IMG/VR virus record: IMGVR_UViG_2636415610_000010
Reading direction: 5' to 3' (one strand)
From: a virus
Lineage: Duplodnaviria > Heunggongvirae > Uroviricota > Caudoviricetes
Length of the DNA stretch: 9,014 nt
Positions 7,081 through 9,014 of this stretch are shown piece by piece. The first letter of the stretch is position 1; every line of letters begins with the position of its first letter. The notes below the pieces were generated by a model. The model worked only from the letters and a program-made list of their open reading frames with translations. It ran no database searches and was not told the origin of the DNA. The position numbers were made by a program, and so were the translations under genes.

Positions 7081-7757
7081 TAGAATCCAAGCCCCCCAAC
7101 AAGACCAATAAGCCCACCACCAATAGCGCCGGCCGCAGTTCCTATTCCAGGAACAACGGAACCAAGTTGCGCACCCGCTAAAGCGCCTGATGCTGCCCCA
7201 CCAATACCACGCGCAAGACTGGATGGCTGCTGCGCCTGACCTGCACGAATAGCGCCAAGCCCCTGCAAGAGTTGTCCGGTATTATTGGCGTAGTTTTGCC
7301 CTGCCGTTGCCTGCCCTGATGCCGCATTCATCCCGACATTTAGCAGGTTTCCATAATTTTGCATTTGCCCACTAAGCCAATTGTTATAAAGCATGGGCGC
7401 AATGGAAGATAACTGGTTACTGGTAGCTGTTGAGCCAAGCCCCCCGGTAGCTTCTGCTGAGACAAGGTTCTGATAACGGGCCTGATCTGCCTGTGTTTTA
7501 TATAAACCAGAACCAAAGAAATCATTCGCGGCTTTATTCTGCCCTTCCAGAGTCATCAGTCCTTGTAGTTGTTGTAAAGCAGGCAATCCGACTTCTGCAT
7601 ACGGCTTGAGATTATTCATCACCGTATTCCACTGCTCGCGCTGCAAATCAATTGCCTGCTGCTGGGCCTTCGCCTGAGCTTTAGAGGCACCACCATCACC
7701 GCCTTTTTCGTATACGGCACGATTGAGATGTTTATGAGCTATATGGGTAATTAACAT
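7080..7757 (-). CDS. Phage DNA-ejection protein, P22 gp7-like by position and size (225 aa vs 229 aa)
   Basis: Start overlaps the end of the 153-aa gene. C-terminus is a Gly-rich hydrophobic tail (GIGGAASGALAGAQLGSVVPGIGTAAGAIGGGLIGLVGGLGF), consistent with a membrane-inserting virion protein. Confidence 0.6.
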   Translation of the reverse strand: MLITHIAHKHLNRAVYEKGGDGGASKAQAKAQQQAIDLQREQWNTVMNNLKPYAEVGLPALQQLQGLMTLEGQNKAANDFFGSGLYKTQADQARYQNLVSAEATGGLGSTATSNQLSSIAPMLYNNWLSGQMQNYGNLLNVGMNAASGQATAGQNYANNTGQLLQGLGAIRAGQAQQPSSLARGIGGAASGALAGAQLGSVVPGIGTAAGAIGGGLIGLVGGLGF

Positions 7758-8212
7758 TCGCTGAATTCCTTATATTGTTGCCGAGTTAACTGATAAAGCG
7801 TTACGCCGACGGGTTTACCACATCTGATATAAGCATCATCAAGGTGACCAACACGGGTAGCGCCAAGCAAACGGATAATTGCCCGTCCGTATTTCGTGGT
7901 GTCAGGAACCATAGTGATGCTGTTAAGGAATGGTGAGTTTTCGAGAAGCCATTTGCAGAATAATCGATGTCCTTGCAGTGCATATTCACCACGGAATCCG
8001 GGGTCGTACACCGCATGGCATTCAACAACGCTATGCCAGAAGTTACGCACTTCATGAACGCCAGCCAGCACTAATCCTTCGTAGATGCCGAGATATACCG
8101 CATCAGGCTTGATGTAGTACGTGTGCCCCGGCTCAACAATATTTTCGGTATTGCCTGGCTCGTTAAGAAAGGCCTGTAATCGCACAGGGTTATCAATAAA
8201 TTTTAGTTCCAT
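7751..8212 (-). CDS. Phage protein at the P22 gp14 position (153 aa), function unknown
   Basis: First sizeable gene of the coupled operon; weak GGATGG Shine-Dalgarno 6 nt before the ATG. No motif I can name with confidence. Confidence 0.6.
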   Translation of the reverse strand: MELKFIDNPVRLQAFLNEPGNTENIVEPGHTYYIKPDAVYLGIYEGLVLAGVHEVRNFWHSVVECHAVYDPGFRGEYALQGHRLFCKWLLENSPFLNSITMVPDTTKYGRAIIRLLGATRVGHLDDAYIRCGKPVGVTLYQLTRQQYKEFSEC

Positions 8213-8228
8213 GCGATGCCATCCATTT

Positions 8229-8390
8229 TCACATACAGCCTGCCAGCGCCTTATCTATTAACCCTCGTGCAATTTCATGCAGAGTTGGCGCTACTCCAAT
8301 TCCTGATTTTTTACGCTGCTCTTCCTGAATTTTCTTTATCGCTTCCATTTGCTTCTCACTTATCAATACCGGCTTTACTGAAATAGCCAT
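8229..8390 (-). CDS. Small ORF, 53 aa (MAISVKPVLISEKQMEAIKKIQEEQRKKSGIGVAPTLHEIARGLIDKALAGCM), possible ribbon-helix-helix-like protein
   Basis: Below the track's length cutoff. Strong AGGGGG Shine-Dalgarno 4-5 nt before the ATG at 8390-8388. Stop lies 16 nt before the 153-aa gene start. Short strand-like stretch followed by two helical segments. Confidence 0.5.
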   Translation of the reverse strand: MAISVKPVLISEKQMEAIKKIQEEQRKKSGIGVAPTLHEIARGLIDKALAGCM

Positions 8391-8403
8391 AACGCCCCCT
8401 TAG

Positions 8404-8429
8404 AACTGTATAAAACAACAGTTATTATA
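8404..8429 (-). promoter_or_regulatory. Consensus -10 hexamer with an overlapping LexA-box-like site upstream of the 53-aa ORF
   Basis: Minus strand carries TATAAT (complement of 8424-8429) followed directly by AACTGTTGTTTTATACAGTT (8423-8404), which fits CTGT-N8-ACAG with an AT-rich spacer and resembles the umuDC box as I recall it. No good -35 hexamer. Confidence 0.35.
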
Positions 8430-8485
8430 GTTTCACAAATCGCAATATTCATCATCGTAATTGCAAAATATGAAACAAATAGCAC

Positions 8486-8518
8486 AAAAAAATGCCACCG
8501 CTCAGTAGCTGGTGGCAT
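8486..8518 (-). terminator. Intrinsic terminator for minus-strand transcription entering from the right
   Basis: Stem TGCCACC / GGTGGCA (8493-8499 and 8511-8517) with an 11-nt loop; on the minus strand it is followed by seven T residues (complement of 8486-8492). Confidence 0.55.
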
Positions 8519-8750
8519 CGTTCTGTGTGTCAGGTTTTGACAGGTTTTTTATGGACTCTAAAAACTATATTTATGGTGTCGCATTACTCTTCACGGCAGG
8601 CGCTTTTCAGTTCTGCCCTTGCTTCTGGCTCCATTGGTAATTTGATTCGCGATCAGCTATGCGGATGGTTTGCTGAACAGGCATAACAACTTCTCAGAGG
8701 CTGTTTTCTGAACTACGAAAATTTCGTAGTGCTCACTTTCAAAAACGTCA

Positions 8751-9014
8751 TGAACCGCCCCGGGAATCCTGGAGACTAAACTTCCTGAGAAAGAGGTAAA
8801 CAGGATGACTAAAAATACTCGTTTTTCCCCTGAAGCCCGTCAACGGGCAGTACGTATGGTTCTGGAAAGTCAGGGCGAATATGACTCACAATGGGCGACA
8901 ATTTGTTCCATTGCTCCAAAGATTGGCTGTACGCCGGAGACTCTGCGTGTCTGGGTTCGCCAGCATGAGCGGGATACCGGGGGCGGTGATGGTGGGCTCA
9001 CCACCGCTGAACGT
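8751..9014 (+). mobile_element. Left end of an IS3-family insertion sequence, IS629/IS1203-like; continues beyond the window
   Basis: Terminus TGAACCGCCCCGGGAATCCTGGAGACTAAACTTCC... begins with TG as IS3-family ends do and matches my recollection of the IS629 left end; orfA starts 54 bp inside. Confidence 0.8.
8805..9014 (+). CDS. IS3-family transposase OrfA (IS629-type), N-terminal 70 aa; truncated by the window edge
   Basis: Translation [70 protein letters not shown] is the HTH-containing OrfA I recognise from IS629-type elements. GAGG Shine-Dalgarno upstream. Confidence 0.85.
   Translation, partial: MTKNTRFSPEARQRAVRMVLESQGEYDSQWATICSIAPKIGCTPETLRVWVRQHERDTGGGDGGLTTAER

Noticed and set aside
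3591-7525. Internal ORFs within the ejection genes (3591-3809, 4767-5108, 4801-4986, 6044-6256, 6426-6677, 6538-6951, 6690-6941, 7340-7525)
   Set aside because: All are nested in or antisense to the long, tightly coupled operon genes and are typical alternative-frame artefacts.
7801-8112. ORFs 7801-8055 (minus, alternate frame) and 7930-8112 (plus)
   Set aside because: Nested within the 153-aa gene, which has the operon context; no independent signals.
8492-8686. Plus-strand ORF of 64 aa between the terminator and the IS
   Set aside because: Its start lies inside the terminator hairpin, there is no ribosome-binding site, and an overlapping 29-aa frame is equally plausible. Possibly a frameshifted remnant, but unsupported.
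1-9014. Searched for CRISPR arrays, tRNA or rRNA genes, and phage attachment sites
   Set aside because: No regularly spaced repeat-spacer structure, no cloverleaf-like segments with conserved tRNA features, and no recognisable att core were found by eye.

Overview
Read by eye only, with no database search, so every homology statement is recollection or inference. The window looks like the accessory (immI-equivalent) region and DNA-ejection gene operon of a P22-like short-tailed prophage in an E. coli/Shigella-type host, bounded on the right by an IS629-like IS3-family element. Right to left on the minus strand: an intrinsic terminator (8486-8518), a LexA-box-like promoter, an unlisted 53-aa ORF, then four tightly coupled genes of 153, 225, 473 and 701 aa whose sizes and order match P22 gp14-gp7-gp20-gp16, closed by a clean terminator (3521-3549). 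Convergent on that operon is an AT-rich gene for a small multi-pass membrane protein (SieA position). A ~950 bp stretch with no convincing ORF follows (2240-3184), carrying palindromes and a recurring CGCGCGCGTAYT motif. Left of it lies the most interesting unit: an ImmA/IrrE-type HEXXH metallopeptidase translationally coupled to a 2-TM membrane protein, with no adjacent HTH partner, sitting where P22 carries its antirepressor. Further left are an Arc/Mnt-type ribbon-helix-helix gene and a divergent PerC-like regulator gene, separated by a six-copy 9-bp iteron array. No tRNA, rRNA or CRISPR array was seen.
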